64,000 bases of DNA, taken from assembly GCA_963818475.1 (NCBI GenBank), contig CAWFSF010000002.1, forward strand, positions 672,001-736,000. The letters run 5' to 3'. Both the position numbers and the translations under genes were made by a program. The DNA is from Nitrospirota bacterium. Lineage in GTDB: Bacteria; Nitrospirota; UBA9217. The notes beneath the pieces were generated by a model, which was not told the origin of the DNA, did no database searches, and was given only the letters and a program-made list of their open reading frames with translations. Within the stretch, counting starts at the first letter, position 1; every line of letters starts with the position of its first letter. Below are positions 1 to 10,982 of this stretch, piece after piece.

Positions 1-564
1 GATCACAAGCTTGGCGATCGCCTTGAGCGTATCGAATACCCCGGTGCCTTCGGGAGCAACTGCCTCGAAATCCGGGACGCCGCGGGGGTTCAGCGCACGC
101 CGCATTTCCTGCACCGGCACGACATTCGGCAGGTCGCGCTTGTTGTACTGAATGATATAGGGAACCTTGTCGAGATCATAGCCCTGCTCCGCGAGGTTGA
201 TGCGCAGGTTCTCGACGCTCTCGATGTTCGCCTCCATCCGTTCGATCTGCGAGTCTGCAACAAAGACGACACCGTCCACGCCCTTGAGGATCAGCTTCCG
301 GCTTGCGTCGTAGAATACCTGGCCGGGAACGGTGTACAGATGGAAGCGCGTCTTGAAACCGCGGATCTCGCCCAGGGCGAGCGGAAGAAAGTCGAAGAAC
401 AGCGTCCGCTCGGTCTCGGTCGCCAGCGAGATCATCTTTCCCTTGCTGTCCGGGTTTGTCTTTTTATATATCCACTGCAGGTTGGTCGTCTTGCCGCACA
501 GGCCGGGACCATAGAAAACGATCTTGCAGTTGATCTCTCGGGACGAATAATTGATAAACGACAT
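1..564 (-). CDS. mglA: MglA small GTPase (gliding motility/polarity), 3' end beyond window edge
   Basis: Read manually: [30 protein letters not shown]..., [13 protein letters not shown] and QYNKRD motifs; directly downstream of mglB. Confidence 0.95.
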   Translation of the reverse strand, partial: MSFINYSSREINCKIVFYGPGLCGKTTNLQWIYKKTNPDSKGKMISLATETERTLFFDFLPLALGEIRGFKTRFHLYTVPGQVFYDASRKLILKGVDGVVFVADSQIERMEANIESVENLRINLAEQGYDLDKVPYIIQYNKRDLPNVVPVQEMRRALNPRGVPDFEAVAPEGTGVFDTLKAIAKLVI

Positions 565-614
565 AGAACCGTGATTCCTCTCCTTAACGCATTCAGGAAA
601 TGACCGTGGCGGGG

Positions 615-1109
615 TTAGCCGAAGAGCTTATCAATATCTTCGTCCGTGATCTCCGCAAAGGGCGAATCAGCTGCCTTGCCTGACGTTTTTCCCGTTTCTA
701 CTTTTTCAAGGAGTTGATTGAAGATAGTACCGAGCACGTCAGCGCTCTTTTTCACCCGGAGACGAACAAGGCCGAGCGATGAGCGCTGGTCGAAGATCAC
801 CACCAGGATCACCCGCTGGCCAATGATGGAGATGTGGATGTTGTCGCGCTGGCCTTCGTGGAACAGGATGGAAAATTCCTTCTCACCCAGGAGCTTGGCC
901 ATGCCGCCCGTGGCGGCAATGTTGCCGGCGGTCAGGGAGGCAAGCGACGTGGTATCGAGGTTTTCCGTTTCACCGGTAGCGGCAATGAGCTGGCCGTTCT
1001 TATCCACGAGGAACACGACCTTGGCATTGGCCTGGGCAAGGAGGCGCTGGAGCTCTGCGTCTATTAACTTAAACTCTTCGTCATACATCACGAGATCTTG
1101 ACCCAGCAT
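615..1109 (-). CDS. mglB: MglB roadblock/LC7 domain GTPase-activating protein
   Basis: [12 protein letters not shown]...[16 protein letters not shown]...[12 protein letters not shown]...[13 protein letters not shown]. Confidence 0.93.
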   Translation of the reverse strand: MLGQDLVMYDEEFKLIDAELQRLLAQANAKVVFLVDKNGQLIAATGETENLDTTSLASLTAGNIAATGGMAKLLGEKEFSILFHEGQRDNIHISIIGQRVILVVIFDQRSSLGLVRLRVKKSADVLGTIFNQLLEKVETGKTSGKAADSPFAEITDEDIDKLFG

Positions 1110-1223
1110 AGGTGCTTCTCCTTAGGCGCGGCAAACCATACCGCACGGTAACAGCAGGTTTGGGGCTATTAAACCATACTGACCGTTATATTTCAAGCGT
1201 TTTTTTAATGCATGCCAAACGAA

Positions 1224-1256
1224 AACACAGCCGGGCGAGCAAAACCCGGCTGTGTT
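1224..1256 (-). terminator. Intrinsic terminator after por operon
   Basis: 12-bp perfect stem AACACAGCCGGG/CCCGGCTGTGTT with T-rich tails. Confidence 0.7.
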
Positions 1257-1302
1257 CTTTGTTGATCATTGATTATGAGGTGCGGCAGGATTGGAAGCGA
1301 TG

Positions 1303-2259
1303 TCAGCTCTTCGACATCTCCTGGAGCTTCTTGAGGCTTTCCCAGTCGTTGTCCACAAGCTGCTGGAACTTCTCGAGAAGCCCCTCGTTGCCGGGAGCAA
1401 AGAGATGTTTGAACCGTCCCTGGGGTTTAAGCCACTCGGCGACCGGTTTTCTTCGTTCCTTGGGGTCGTAGTTGATGGTCCATTTTCCGTCCTGTACCTC
1501 ATACAGCGGCCAATAGCAGGTCTCGACCGCGAGCCGCGAGAGCAGGATGGAGTCGTTGGTCTGGGTGCGCCAGCCGCGGTTGCAGGGTGAAACGACACCC
1601 ATGTAGGCCGGGCCGTTCGTGGCAAGCGCTTTTTTCACCTTGGTCATCAGGTCTTTCCAGTTATGGGGCGAGGCCTGGGCGGCATAGGCCACGTTGTGGG
1701 CTGCCATGATGCGCGTAAGGTCCTTGCGGCGCTGTGTTTTTCCCTTGACCAGTGAACCCACCGGCTGGGTCGTCGTATCGGCGCCGAACGGCGTGGCGCT
1801 CGAACGCTGGATGCCGGTGTTCATGTAGGCGCCGTTGTCGTAGCAGATATAGAGCAGCTGATGGCCGCGCTCCATGGCGCCAGAAAGGGCCTGGAACCCG
1901 ATGTCATAGGTGCCGCCGTCGCCGCCGAAGGCGATGAACTTCATTTCCTTCTTGAGCTTCCCCTGCTTGCGGAGCGACCGGTACATGGTCTCTATCCCAG
2001 AAGCCGTTGCCGCGGCGTTTTCGAAGGCGCTGTGCATCCACGGCACTTTCCAGGCAGTGTACGGGAACAGGCAGGTCGAGACCTCGAGGCAGCCCGTGGC
2101 GTTTGCGATCACCACCGGTTCGTCGATGGCCATCAGGACCTGGCGCACGATCGTCGGCGCGCCGCAGCCTGAGCACATGCGGTGGCCGCCCGTAAGCAGT
2201 TCCGGCTTGTGCGTCAGTGATTTCAGGGTCAAGGGTTTTTCCTGTGTCGGTGTGCTCAT
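1303..2259 (-). CDS. porB: Pyruvate:ferredoxin oxidoreductase beta subunit (TPP-binding)
   Basis: GHRMCSGCG, NATGCLEV, GGDGG...YDNGAYMNTGIQRS. Confidence 0.93.
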   Translation of the reverse strand: MSTPTQEKPLTLKSLTHKPELLTGGHRMCSGCGAPTIVRQVLMAIDEPVVIANATGCLEVSTCLFPYTAWKVPWMHSAFENAAATASGIETMYRSLRKQGKLKKEMKFIAFGGDGGTYDIGFQALSGAMERGHQLLYICYDNGAYMNTGIQRSSATPFGADTTTQPVGSLVKGKTQRRKDLTRIMAAHNVAYAAQASPHNWKDLMTKVKKALATNGPAYMGVVSPCNRGWRTQTNDSILLSRLAVETCYWPLYEVQDGKWTINYDPKERRKPVAEWLKPQGRFKHLFAPGNEGLLEKFQQLVDNDWESLKKLQEMSKS

Positions 2260-2309
2260 TGTGTTCTCCTATACACGACATTCTGTGGATGCCGAATGGG
2301 AAATTGTTT

Positions 2310-3500
2310 TCAGTTCCGGACTGTCATATAGTCTTTTACGATCTTGACCTTGCCGCTCTTCGCGACCTCGATGGTCTCTTCGATCACCTTATCAACATCG
2401 AGCGGCATCAGATCCCTGCCGCCGAGACCATAGATCTTGTTGAACAAGAGCGGTCCCTGGCGATAGGGGGAGAGGGCCGGGGCGATCTCCATGAAGAGCG
2501 GGCCGTAGCCGCCATAGGAATCCGCCCGGTCCAGAACACAGACGGCCTTGGCATTCTTGAGCGCGGCGCCGACTTCCTCATACGGGAAGGGCCTGAAAAC
2601 CCGGGGTTTGAGCAACCCTGCCTTCACGCCCTTTTCGCGGTAGCGGTCAACCTCGTCCTTGATCGTACCTGCGGCAGAGTTGAGCGCCACCAGTACAACC
2701 TCGGCGTCCTCGAGGCGGTAGGATTCGAAGAGTTCATATTTACGGCCAAACGCCTTGGCAAACTCGGCGGATACTTCCTGAATGACCTTCTTGGCGTTCA
2801 GCATGGCTTCGTGCTGCGCGCGCTTATGCTCCATATAGTAATCGGGAAGCACCAGGGCGCCGATGCTCTTGGGATTATCGAGGTCCAGGAGCGGGTCCAT
2901 GGCGATGTAGTCGCCGACGAACTTTTTCACTTCCGCGTCGGGAATATACGACATGCTCTCGATCGAGTGGCTGATGATGAAGCCGTCCATGTTGACGGCG
3001 ATCGGCAGCCGCACGTCCTTGTGCTCGGCGATGCGGTACGCCATGATCGTGTTGTCGTAGGCCTCCTGGGCGTTCTCGGAAAAGAGCTGGATCCATCCGC
3101 AGTCGCGCATGCCCATGCCGTCGGAGTGGTCGCCGTGAATATTGAGCGGGGCCGAAAGTGCCCGGTTCACCAGCGCCATCAGGATCGGCAGGCGATAGCC
3201 CGAGGCAATATGCAGCATTTCCCACATAAGGGCAAGGCCTTGCGCGCTCGTGGCCGTTGCCACTCTGCCGCCCGCTGCCGATGCGCCGATGCAGGCGCTC
3301 ATGGCGCTGTGCTCGCTCTCCACGAGGATCGTTTCGGTATCCACCTTGCCGTTCGAAACGAACGACGTGAACGATTCCATGATGCCTGTTGACGGCGTGA
3401 TGGGATACGCCGGCATGACATCGGGGTTCAACTGGCGGAGCGCTTCGGCAACAGCCTGGTTGCCCGTGACCGCCACGGTTTTTGTCGTTGTCACAGCCAT
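2310..3500 (-). CDS. porA: Pyruvate:ferredoxin oxidoreductase alpha subunit
   Basis: TGNQAVA, AYPITPS, VESEHSAMSACIGA, YGLGGRD; start taken at MAVTTTK. Confidence 0.93.
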   Translation of the reverse strand: MAVTTTKTVAVTGNQAVAEALRQLNPDVMPAYPITPSTGIMESFTSFVSNGKVDTETILVESEHSAMSACIGASAAGGRVATATSAQGLALMWEMLHIASGYRLPILMALVNRALSAPLNIHGDHSDGMGMRDCGWIQLFSENAQEAYDNTIMAYRIAEHKDVRLPIAVNMDGFIISHSIESMSYIPDAEVKKFVGDYIAMDPLLDLDNPKSIGALVLPDYYMEHKRAQHEAMLNAKKVIQEVSAEFAKAFGRKYELFESYRLEDAEVVLVALNSAAGTIKDEVDRYREKGVKAGLLKPRVFRPFPYEEVGAALKNAKAVCVLDRADSYGGYGPLFMEIAPALSPYRQGPLLFNKIYGLGGRDLMPLDVDKVIEETIEVAKSGKVKIVKDYMTVRN

Positions 3501-3501
3501 G

Positions 3502-3795
3502 TTATTTGCCCTCCTCTTCCATGACAATGGCCTTGTTGCCTTTTTTGCCCGGGCACTCCATGGCGCAGACGCCGCAGCCTTTGCAGTGGTCGTAGTCGAA
3601 ATCCACTCTTTTTTCATCTTTTACCGGGATCGCGGAATCAGGGCAATAGACCCAGCAGAAGAGACACTGAATGCAGTTCTCCTCGATCCAGCGCGGCTTG
3701 AGCGAACGCCACGAACCGGTCTTATATTCATTCGCATTGCCGGCCTTCAGGATGGTGCCGGCATGGGGCAGTTCTTTCCAGTTCATCTGTTTCAT
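3502..3795 (-). CDS. porD: Pyruvate:ferredoxin oxidoreductase delta subunit (2x[4Fe-4S])
   Basis: KTGSWR, CIQCLFCWVYCP, CKGCGVCAMECP. Confidence 0.92.
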   Translation of the reverse strand: MKQMNWKELPHAGTILKAGNANEYKTGSWRSLKPRWIEENCIQCLFCWVYCPDSAIPVKDEKRVDFDYDHCKGCGVCAMECPGKKGNKAIVMEEEGK

Positions 3796-4367
3796 CCTTC
3801 ATGTACCTCCTCGTATCCGCGCTTCACCGCGGTCAAGTTCCCGTCGATGATCTTCTGGGCGAACTTCTTGCCGAAGCTGCCCTTCACATCATCGAGCAGC
3901 ACTTCCATGGTCACGATTGCTGTGGCCCGGTTCACCGCACCAAGCATGCAGGAGTTCGGCATATTTCTGCCTATGGTTTCGGTTGCGATCTTGGACGCAT
4001 CGATGGTGAAGACCCTTTGGGTCGGCTTGGCTTTCAACTTCGCGCGTATATCCTTTGGGTCTTTGCCCGTGTTGATGATGAAGACAGCGTCGTCTTTCGC
4101 GCCTTCGGCGACATTGATCGCGTCCAGGAGCGTAGCGTCCACCACGGCCACCACACCCGGGTTCAAGACCGGGCAGTGCATCCGAAGGATCTTCTCGCTG
4201 ACCCGGTTATAGGCGCGAAGCGGCGCGCCTGCGCGCTCCGGTCCGTATTCCGGAAATGCCTGCACGTTGCGGCCGCCGGAGAGACACGCATCTGCAAGCA
4301 CCTTGGCCGCGGTCACGGTTCCCTGACCACCCCGGCCATGCCATCTGATCTCAACCATTTCTGCCAT
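3792..4367 (-). CDS. porC: Pyruvate:ferredoxin oxidoreductase gamma subunit
   Basis: EIRWHGRGGQG, FPEYGPERAGAP. Confidence 0.92.
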   Translation of the reverse strand: MAEMVEIRWHGRGGQGTVTAAKVLADACLSGGRNVQAFPEYGPERAGAPLRAYNRVSEKILRMHCPVLNPGVVAVVDATLLDAINVAEGAKDDAVFIINTGKDPKDIRAKLKAKPTQRVFTIDASKIATETIGRNMPNSCMLGAVNRATAIVTMEVLLDDVKGSFGKKFAQKIIDGNLTAVKRGYEEVHEG

Positions 4368-4384
4368 AATAATTTCCTCCTAAC

Positions 4385-4460
4385 TCAGTTCGGAGCATGG
4401 AGTGGAGAGTTCGGAGTGATGTTCTCATTCCGGATTCCGCATTCCGCATTCCGCAATTAA
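4385..4460. repeat. Heptamer-periodic palindromic intergenic repeat (ATTCCGC units)
   Basis: TTCGGAG units followed by ATTCCGGATTCCGCATTCCGCATTCCGCAATT. Confidence 0.65.
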
Positions 4461-4461
4461 C

Positions 4462-5166
4462 TCACATTTCCCTGCGGCCTTCAAGCGCCCGCTGCACCGT
4501 GTTCTCGTCCGCATACTCGATGTCCCCGCCAACCGGGAGCCCGTAGGCGATGCGGCTGACGCTAATGCCGAGTGGTTTGATCAACTTCGAAAGATAGAGG
4601 GCCGTTGTCTCGCCCTTTACTGTCGGATTCGTTGCAATGATGACTTCTTTGACCATGCCGGCCCTGAGCCGCTCCATCAAACCATCGATTTTGAGATCCT
4701 CTGGTCCGATGCCGTCAAGCGGTGAGATGGCTCCCATGAGCGCATGATAGCGGCCCCGAAAAATACCGGTCCTCTCGAGGATAAGGATATTGCTCGGCTC
4801 CTCCACGACGCAGATGCGTGAAGGATCACGCCGGTCATCGCGGCAAAGGCTGCAGACCTCGTCCTCGGTAATGTTATTACAGACCGTGCAGTAGCGGCTG
4901 TTGTTCTTCAGGTCCAGAATGGCCTGCGCGATTCCGAAGGCCTCCTCGCGCGGCATGCCCAGAACGGCGAAGGCAAGGCGCTCGGCGCTTTTTTTACCGA
5001 TACCCGGAAGCCTGGTGAACGCCTCGACCATTCTGCCCATGGCCTGACCCGACACGTCCGCGGCTTGTGCGCCGGCCTTCCCATGCCGGCCTGCGCGTGA
5101 AGAAACCCGGGACGATCGTTCCTGTTCTTTCACCGCTTCCGTCTTGTTCTGACCACCCTGATCCAT
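4462..5166 (-). CDS. recR: Recombination mediator RecR (start uncertain, may be GTG at 5055)
   Basis: LPGIGKKSAERLA, C4 zinc finger CTVC..CSLC, Toprim IIATNPTVKGE. Confidence 0.92.
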   Translation of the reverse strand: MDQGGQNKTEAVKEQERSSRVSSRAGRHGKAGAQAADVSGQAMGRMVEAFTRLPGIGKKSAERLAFAVLGMPREEAFGIAQAILDLKNNSRYCTVCNNITEDEVCSLCRDDRRDPSRICVVEEPSNILILERTGIFRGRYHALMGAISPLDGIGPEDLKIDGLMERLRAGMVKEVIIATNPTVKGETTALYLSKLIKPLGISVSRIAYGLPVGGDIEYADENTVQRALEGRREM

Positions 5167-5253
5167 ATTACGCCGGACTATGGGGTCTTTGGTTATTATT
5201 CCGCACTCCGCCTGTCCTCGGATCCCCACGGAGGAACTCTTTGATCTGCACTT

Positions 5254-5574
5254 CTAGAGCAGCCCCGGAGGAAGGCCCATGCCCGCCGTCAGTTTGGCCA
5301 TTTCGTCCTTCATGAGCTCCTGGGATTTTCTGAGCGCTTCATTGACGGCTGCCGTGACCAGGTCCTGGAGCATCTCGATGTCCTTGGGATCCACGACAGA
5401 AGCATCGATCTTGATCGAAAGGACCTCCTGCCGGCCATTCGCCACGACCGTGACCATGCCGCCGCCCGAGGAGGCCTCAACCGTCTTGCCAGCAGCCTCT
5501 TCCTGGAGCTTTTTGACCCGCTCTTGCATCTGCTGGGCCTGTTTCATCAAATTTCCAATGATATTTTTCGACAT
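5254..5574 (-). CDS. ybaB: YbaB/EbfC nucleoid-associated protein
   Basis: MKQAQQMQ...SSGGGMVTV...LQDLVTAAVNEAL; dnaX-ybaB-recR synteny. Confidence 0.93.
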   Translation of the reverse strand: MSKNIIGNLMKQAQQMQERVKKLQEEAAGKTVEASSGGGMVTVVANGRQEVLSIKIDASVVDPKDIEMLQDLVTAAVNEALRKSQELMKDEMAKLTAGMGLPPGLL

Positions 5575-5724
5575 GCGAGGCCTTTTTGTACCCGAGTAGT
5601 TAGATCGCCTAAAAGGCAAAGGAAGAATATAATAAAAGAACGAGGGCTGCTTTGCAAGAAAAAACGAGGGGTTTATGGAGATATAAAAAATTTAAATGTC
5701 CTTTTTCGTAAGCTCTCTGTCTTG

Positions 5725-7371
5725 TCAGCTCTCCTCGTCGGGATGTTCCGTCTCGATGACCTCTCCGCCGAAAATCCTGAGTGCATCCTGGACGATGGGG
5801 GATTGTTCCTCGGGTTTCTTTTTTGCCGGCGTTTTAGACCGGGCTGTCGATGGTCCGGCATCTTCCTGGCCAAGAGGTTTTATGATGAGCCGAATTTTTC
5901 TGCCCAGCACTTCACCGGCGATCTGCTCAATATAGTCGCGATGCTCCTGCTTTTCGACCTGATCGCGCTGAAAACCCGACGGCAGCCCGAGCGTGAAGCC
6001 CGTATCCGACGTATTGAGCAGTCTGCTCTGTGCAAGATAGGATGCAAGGATCGGTTTTTTCGATTTCAGGGTGCCCATGATCCTCCCCCACTCATCCGAC
6101 GCTCCCCCTCCATCCGGCGCTTCTGCCGGGCGGGGCTGGTGGGAAACCACTGCTGTTTTCGGCACGTACGATCCGGACCGCTCGCTGACCCCGGCTGGTG
6201 CCGGTGCGGACAACACCGTTCCCGGTGTAAGTCTGCTCTCGAGTTCCTTCATCCGGCCAAGCACCTCGGTGAGCGGTCGAAGCGGCGTGATGTGGCAGGC
6301 CTTGACGATGCCCATCTCGACGGTGAACCGCTGGTGAGGCGACCAGCGCATTTCGTCCAATGTTTTTGACAGGCTGTCAAAAAGCAGCAGGAGCTGGTCG
6401 CTTTCGACGCCGGCTGCCTGCTGTTGCAGGTTCTGTATATCGGCGGAGGGAAGTTCGATGATACGACCGGGGTCCGTGGTGATCTTGATGATCATGAGAT
6501 TCCGGATATGCTCGACCAGGCCCGCCAGGAACTGGCGCATGTCGAGCCCCTGCTCAAGCAGGCCGTCGATCTGCTTCAGGAGACCGCCGCTGTCCCGGGA
6601 GAGCAGGCCGGCCGCGAACTGCAACAGCTTTTCCTGGGCAACCGAGCCGAGAGTCGCCTGGAGGTCTTCGTCCTTGACCGCCATGCCGCTGTACGACACG
6701 GCCTGGTCCAGCAGGCTCTGCGAATCGCGCATACTGCCCTCGGCTGCCCGGGCGATCATGGCAAGCCCCTGGTCGGTGATCGTAATGCCCTCGGCAGCGG
6801 CGATCTTGCGAAGCTGATCAATGATTTCGTTCAGGGGAATGCGCTTGAACCCGTAGCGCTGGCAGCGGGAATGGATGGTCGCGGGGATCTTCTGCGGCTC
6901 GGTCGTGGCAAAGATGAAGAGCACATGCGGCGGGGGTTCTTCGAGGGTCTTCAGCAGCGCATTGAAGGCCTCGTTCGTGAGCATATGGACCTCATCGATC
7001 ACGTAGACCTTGTACTTGCCGCGGGAAGGAGCGTATTTCACGGCTTCGCGCAGCTCGCGGATATGTTCGATGCCCCGGTTCGACGCCCCGTCGATCTCGA
7101 TGACATCCACTGACGTTCCCGCCGTGGTCTCGATGCACGAGTCGCAGTGGCCGCAGGGCGTCGGGGTCGGCCCTTCGGTGCAGTTCAAGGCCTTGGCAAG
7201 GATGCGCGCCGTGGTAGTCTTGCCTACGCCCCGGGGTCCGGAGAACAGGAACGCGTGCGCAAGTCTTTTCGTCAAGATCGCGTTCTGCAGCGTTCGCGTG
7301 ATATGCCCCTGGCCGACGACGTCTTCGAAAACCTGGGGCCGCCATTTTCTTGCCAGGACCTGGTAGCTCAT
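5725..7371 (-). CDS. dnaX: DNA polymerase III subunit gamma/tau
   Basis: MSYQVLARKWRPQ, GPRGVGKTT, IDEVHML, SRC motif. Confidence 0.97.
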   Translation of the reverse strand: MSYQVLARKWRPQVFEDVVGQGHITRTLQNAILTKRLAHAFLFSGPRGVGKTTTARILAKALNCTEGPTPTPCGHCDSCIETTAGTSVDVIEIDGASNRGIEHIRELREAVKYAPSRGKYKVYVIDEVHMLTNEAFNALLKTLEEPPPHVLFIFATTEPQKIPATIHSRCQRYGFKRIPLNEIIDQLRKIAAAEGITITDQGLAMIARAAEGSMRDSQSLLDQAVSYSGMAVKDEDLQATLGSVAQEKLLQFAAGLLSRDSGGLLKQIDGLLEQGLDMRQFLAGLVEHIRNLMIIKITTDPGRIIELPSADIQNLQQQAAGVESDQLLLLFDSLSKTLDEMRWSPHQRFTVEMGIVKACHITPLRPLTEVLGRMKELESRLTPGTVLSAPAPAGVSERSGSYVPKTAVVSHQPRPAEAPDGGGASDEWGRIMGTLKSKKPILASYLAQSRLLNTSDTGFTLGLPSGFQRDQVEKQEHRDYIEQIAGEVLGRKIRLIIKPLGQEDAGPSTARSKTPAKKKPEEQSPIVQDALRIFGGEVIETEHPDEES

Positions 7372-7606
7372 AGTAACATTACCTCGGTTAGACTGCTGAA
7401 AATATCATAAAGCGACGGTCGTGATTGAGCTTCTGTTGCTGCTTTTGCGGCGGCAAGGGAGGCGGGGATGAACCGGTGGGCTGTCCTTCGCCCGCACAGA
7501 AGCGCAAAGGTAAACAAGATCTGCGGACAGGTGCCGCTGTTCACTGCGGAGGCAACGAACAGGAACCGTGTCCGCAGCATTCCACGCATTGATCGAGAAA
7601 TAAAAA

Positions 7607-7719
7607 GCTCACAAACCCGGGCTTCCCTGCGGCACACCCGGAACCCGCTTACCGCTGCTTCCTTCCGGACCTGACGGGGTTCACGAGACCGTGGTTGCGC
7701 AGGACCCGGGCTTATGAGC
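7607..7719 (-). ncRNA. ffs: Signal recognition particle RNA (small bacterial type)
   Basis: Minus strand has GTCAGGTCCGGAAGGAAGCAGC helix-8 motif within a long hairpin closed by CCCGGG pairs; upstream of dnaX. Confidence 0.92.
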
Positions 7720-7776
7720 GCATTTCAATTTCGGATTGCGGAGGTGGGCTCGTTGATAATCCGCAATTATATTATA

Positions 7777-7864
7777 TGGCGGAGAGAGTGGGGTTCGAAC
7801 CCACGTTAGGTTTCCCTAAACACGCTTTCCAAGCGTGCGCCTTCAGCCGCTCGGCCATCTCTCC
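7777..7864 (-). tRNA. tRNA-Ser(GGA)
   Basis: GGAGAGA...CACGC-TT-GGA-AA-GCGTG, long variable arm, GTTCGAA, encoded CCA. Confidence 0.96.
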
Positions 7865-7957
7865 GTAGTTTTATTTCGTGGTGTCAATTACGGATTGCAA
7901 TTCAGCAATCCAACTCATACCGGCCTGTTTCTTTTTATGTAAATCCGCAATTATGTA

Positions 7958-8047
7958 TGGCGGAGAGGGGGGGATTTGAACCCCCGGTGGAGTTACCCCC
8001 ACAACAGTTTTCGAGACTGCCGCCTTCAACCACTCGGCCACCTCTCC
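7958..8047 (-). tRNA. tRNA-Ser(CGA)
   Basis: GCAGT-CT-CGA-AA-ACTGT anticodon arm, long variable arm, encoded CCA. Confidence 0.96.
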
Positions 8048-8066
8048 GAATGCGCTGCTTCTATCG

Positions 8067-8546
8067 TTACCGTACCGGCTGCCTCAGGTTCTCAAAAAAA
8101 ACCTGAAGCGCATCGCGGCATTCTGCTTCAAGAATTCCGGGCGTGATGCGGTAGACGTGATTCAACCTGCCGTCACGGACCACATCATAGACCGATCCCA
8201 GAGCGCCGGCCTTGGGATCTCGACACCCGTACACCAGCCTGCCGACTCTTGCAAGCACCAGCGCACCGGAACACATAAGGCAGGGCTCAAGGGTCACATA
8301 CACGGTTGCGTCCGTCAACCGCCATCTGCCGAGCTTGGCCGAGGCTTCACGCACGACCAGTAGTTCAGCGTGCGCGGACGGGTCTTGCCAGGTCTCACGC
8401 ATGTTGTGGGAAGAGGCGATGACGTTGTTTCCGATGACCAGTACCGCGCCGATGGGCGTCTCACCTTCGGCGGCTGCTTTATGTGCCTCGGCAAGCGCAA
8501 GGCGCATGAACTCTTCGTCGGTCGTGTACGCGCCGTCATTCATCAT
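8067..8546 (-). CDS. tadA: tRNA adenosine(34) deaminase
   Basis: DPSAHAE, TLEPCLMC, DPKAGA, LNH motifs. Confidence 0.95.
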   Translation of the reverse strand: MMNDGAYTTDEEFMRLALAEAHKAAAEGETPIGAVLVIGNNVIASSHNMRETWQDPSAHAELLVVREASAKLGRWRLTDATVYVTLEPCLMCSGALVLARVGRLVYGCRDPKAGALGSVYDVVRDGRLNHVYRITPGILEAECRDALQVFFENLRQPVR

Positions 8547-8599
8547 GGTCGCCAAAACATGACCGCAGCGAGCGCTGCGGTACCTTGGTAATATAATAA

Positions 8600-8676
8600 T
8601 GGTGCGCCCAAGAGGATTCGAACCTCTGGCCTACGGATTCGTAGTCCGTTGCTCTATCCAGCTGAGCTATGGGCGC
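8600..8676 (-). tRNA. tRNA-Arg(ACG)
   Basis: GCGCCCA...ACGGA-CT-ACG-AA-TCCGT...GTTCGAATC...CCA. Confidence 0.97.
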
Positions 8677-8682
8677 AAAACA

Positions 8683-8712
8683 GATGCACAGAAGGGAATG
8701 CTTCTGTGCATC
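8683..8712 (-). terminator. Stem-loop, probable terminator or processing site
   Basis: GATGCACAGAAG/CTTCTGTGCATC 12-bp stem followed by TGTTTT on the minus strand. Confidence 0.55.
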
Positions 8713-8735
8713 CAAAACCGTTCTGGTCGGACTGC

Positions 8736-9245
8736 TTACTTGTTCACGCCACCCACGAGCGTGATCGCAACTTGCTCATGTGCGTAGGGATGGATCCCGG
8801 GATGCATGGAATAAAGCCAGCCCTTCCACGCCTCTTTGCCCGGCTCGGTAATCGACACCTGCACTGCAGGATTGTTCGGCTTATCCGATGCGGAGGTGAT
8901 GTCCTTCTCGCCCATCCTGAAATCCGGGAGGAACGCAAGCACCTTGATCTTCATTTTTGTGTTCGGGACCGCCAGCTCAGAACCCACGGCCACGGTATAT
9001 TCTTTCGTGCTCTTGGCGGCCTTATCTTCGATGTTCAACTTCACTGCTTTCCATTTCGCCGTCACTGCAGCGGGAACGACGACCGCGCGGTCGACCTTCG
9101 GCATATCCGGCATCCCCGTCTGCGGCATGCCGCCTTCGGTGCTTGGGTGGCCTGGGGGCAACTGGGGCTTTTCTTCCTTCTTTTTGCAGCCCGCAACGGT
9201 AAAGATGAGGCTGCCGAGCAACAGAGCGACTACCAACTTCTTCAT
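8736..9245 (-). CDS. Lipoprotein, DUF2155-like
   Basis: Lipobox VAGC; FLPDF...SDKPNNPAV...WKGWLY pattern. Confidence 0.7.
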   Translation of the reverse strand: MKKLVVALLLGSLIFTVAGCKKKEEKPQLPPGHPSTEGGMPQTGMPDMPKVDRAVVVPAAVTAKWKAVKLNIEDKAAKSTKEYTVAVGSELAVPNTKMKIKVLAFLPDFRMGEKDITSASDKPNNPAVQVSITEPGKEAWKGWLYSMHPGIHPYAHEQVAITLVGGVNK

Positions 9246-9336
9246 GGTGATACCTCCTTAGGTACGTGAATATGGAATATGCAGGGAAAGCTTCCCTGGT
9301 CGTTCTACCCTTGCCCGCTCATGCTGCGCGGAAAAA

Positions 9337-9426
9337 TGGCGGAGAGGCCGGGATTCGAACCCGGGGTGGAGTCACCCCCACAACTGCTTAGCAGGCAGCT
9401 GCCTTCAGCCGCTCGGCCACCTCTCC
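9337..9426 (-). tRNA. tRNA-Ser(GCT)
   Basis: GCTGC-CT-GCT-AA-GCAGT anticodon arm, long variable arm, encoded CCA. Confidence 0.96.
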
Positions 9427-9495
9427 GTGCTAACGACAAATCTGAAAAAATCTGCATACTACAAATGCTGAACATGAAACGTACTATGATAATAT

Positions 9496-9581
<86 letters not shown>

Positions 9582-9653
9582 GGTATTGATTGTAGATTGT
9601 TGATCGCAGTTTTTGGATGACACAATCCGCATACTGCAATCCGACATCCGCAA

Positions 9654-10955
<1,302 letters not shown>

Positions 10956-10982
10956 TTAGGGTATCATTCTCCTCGAACGTTG

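Noticed and set aside
5056-5229. Long N-terminal extension of RecR
   Set aside because: Low-complexity sequence; a downstream GTG or ATG start gives a normal-length RecR, so it is probably untranslated.
5818-5824. In-frame A AAA AAG slippery heptamer in dnaX
   Set aside because: It lies only about 30 codons from the C-terminus, with no upstream SD-like stimulator, no convincing downstream hairpin and no nearby -1 frame stop, so a gamma-producing frameshift is unsupported.
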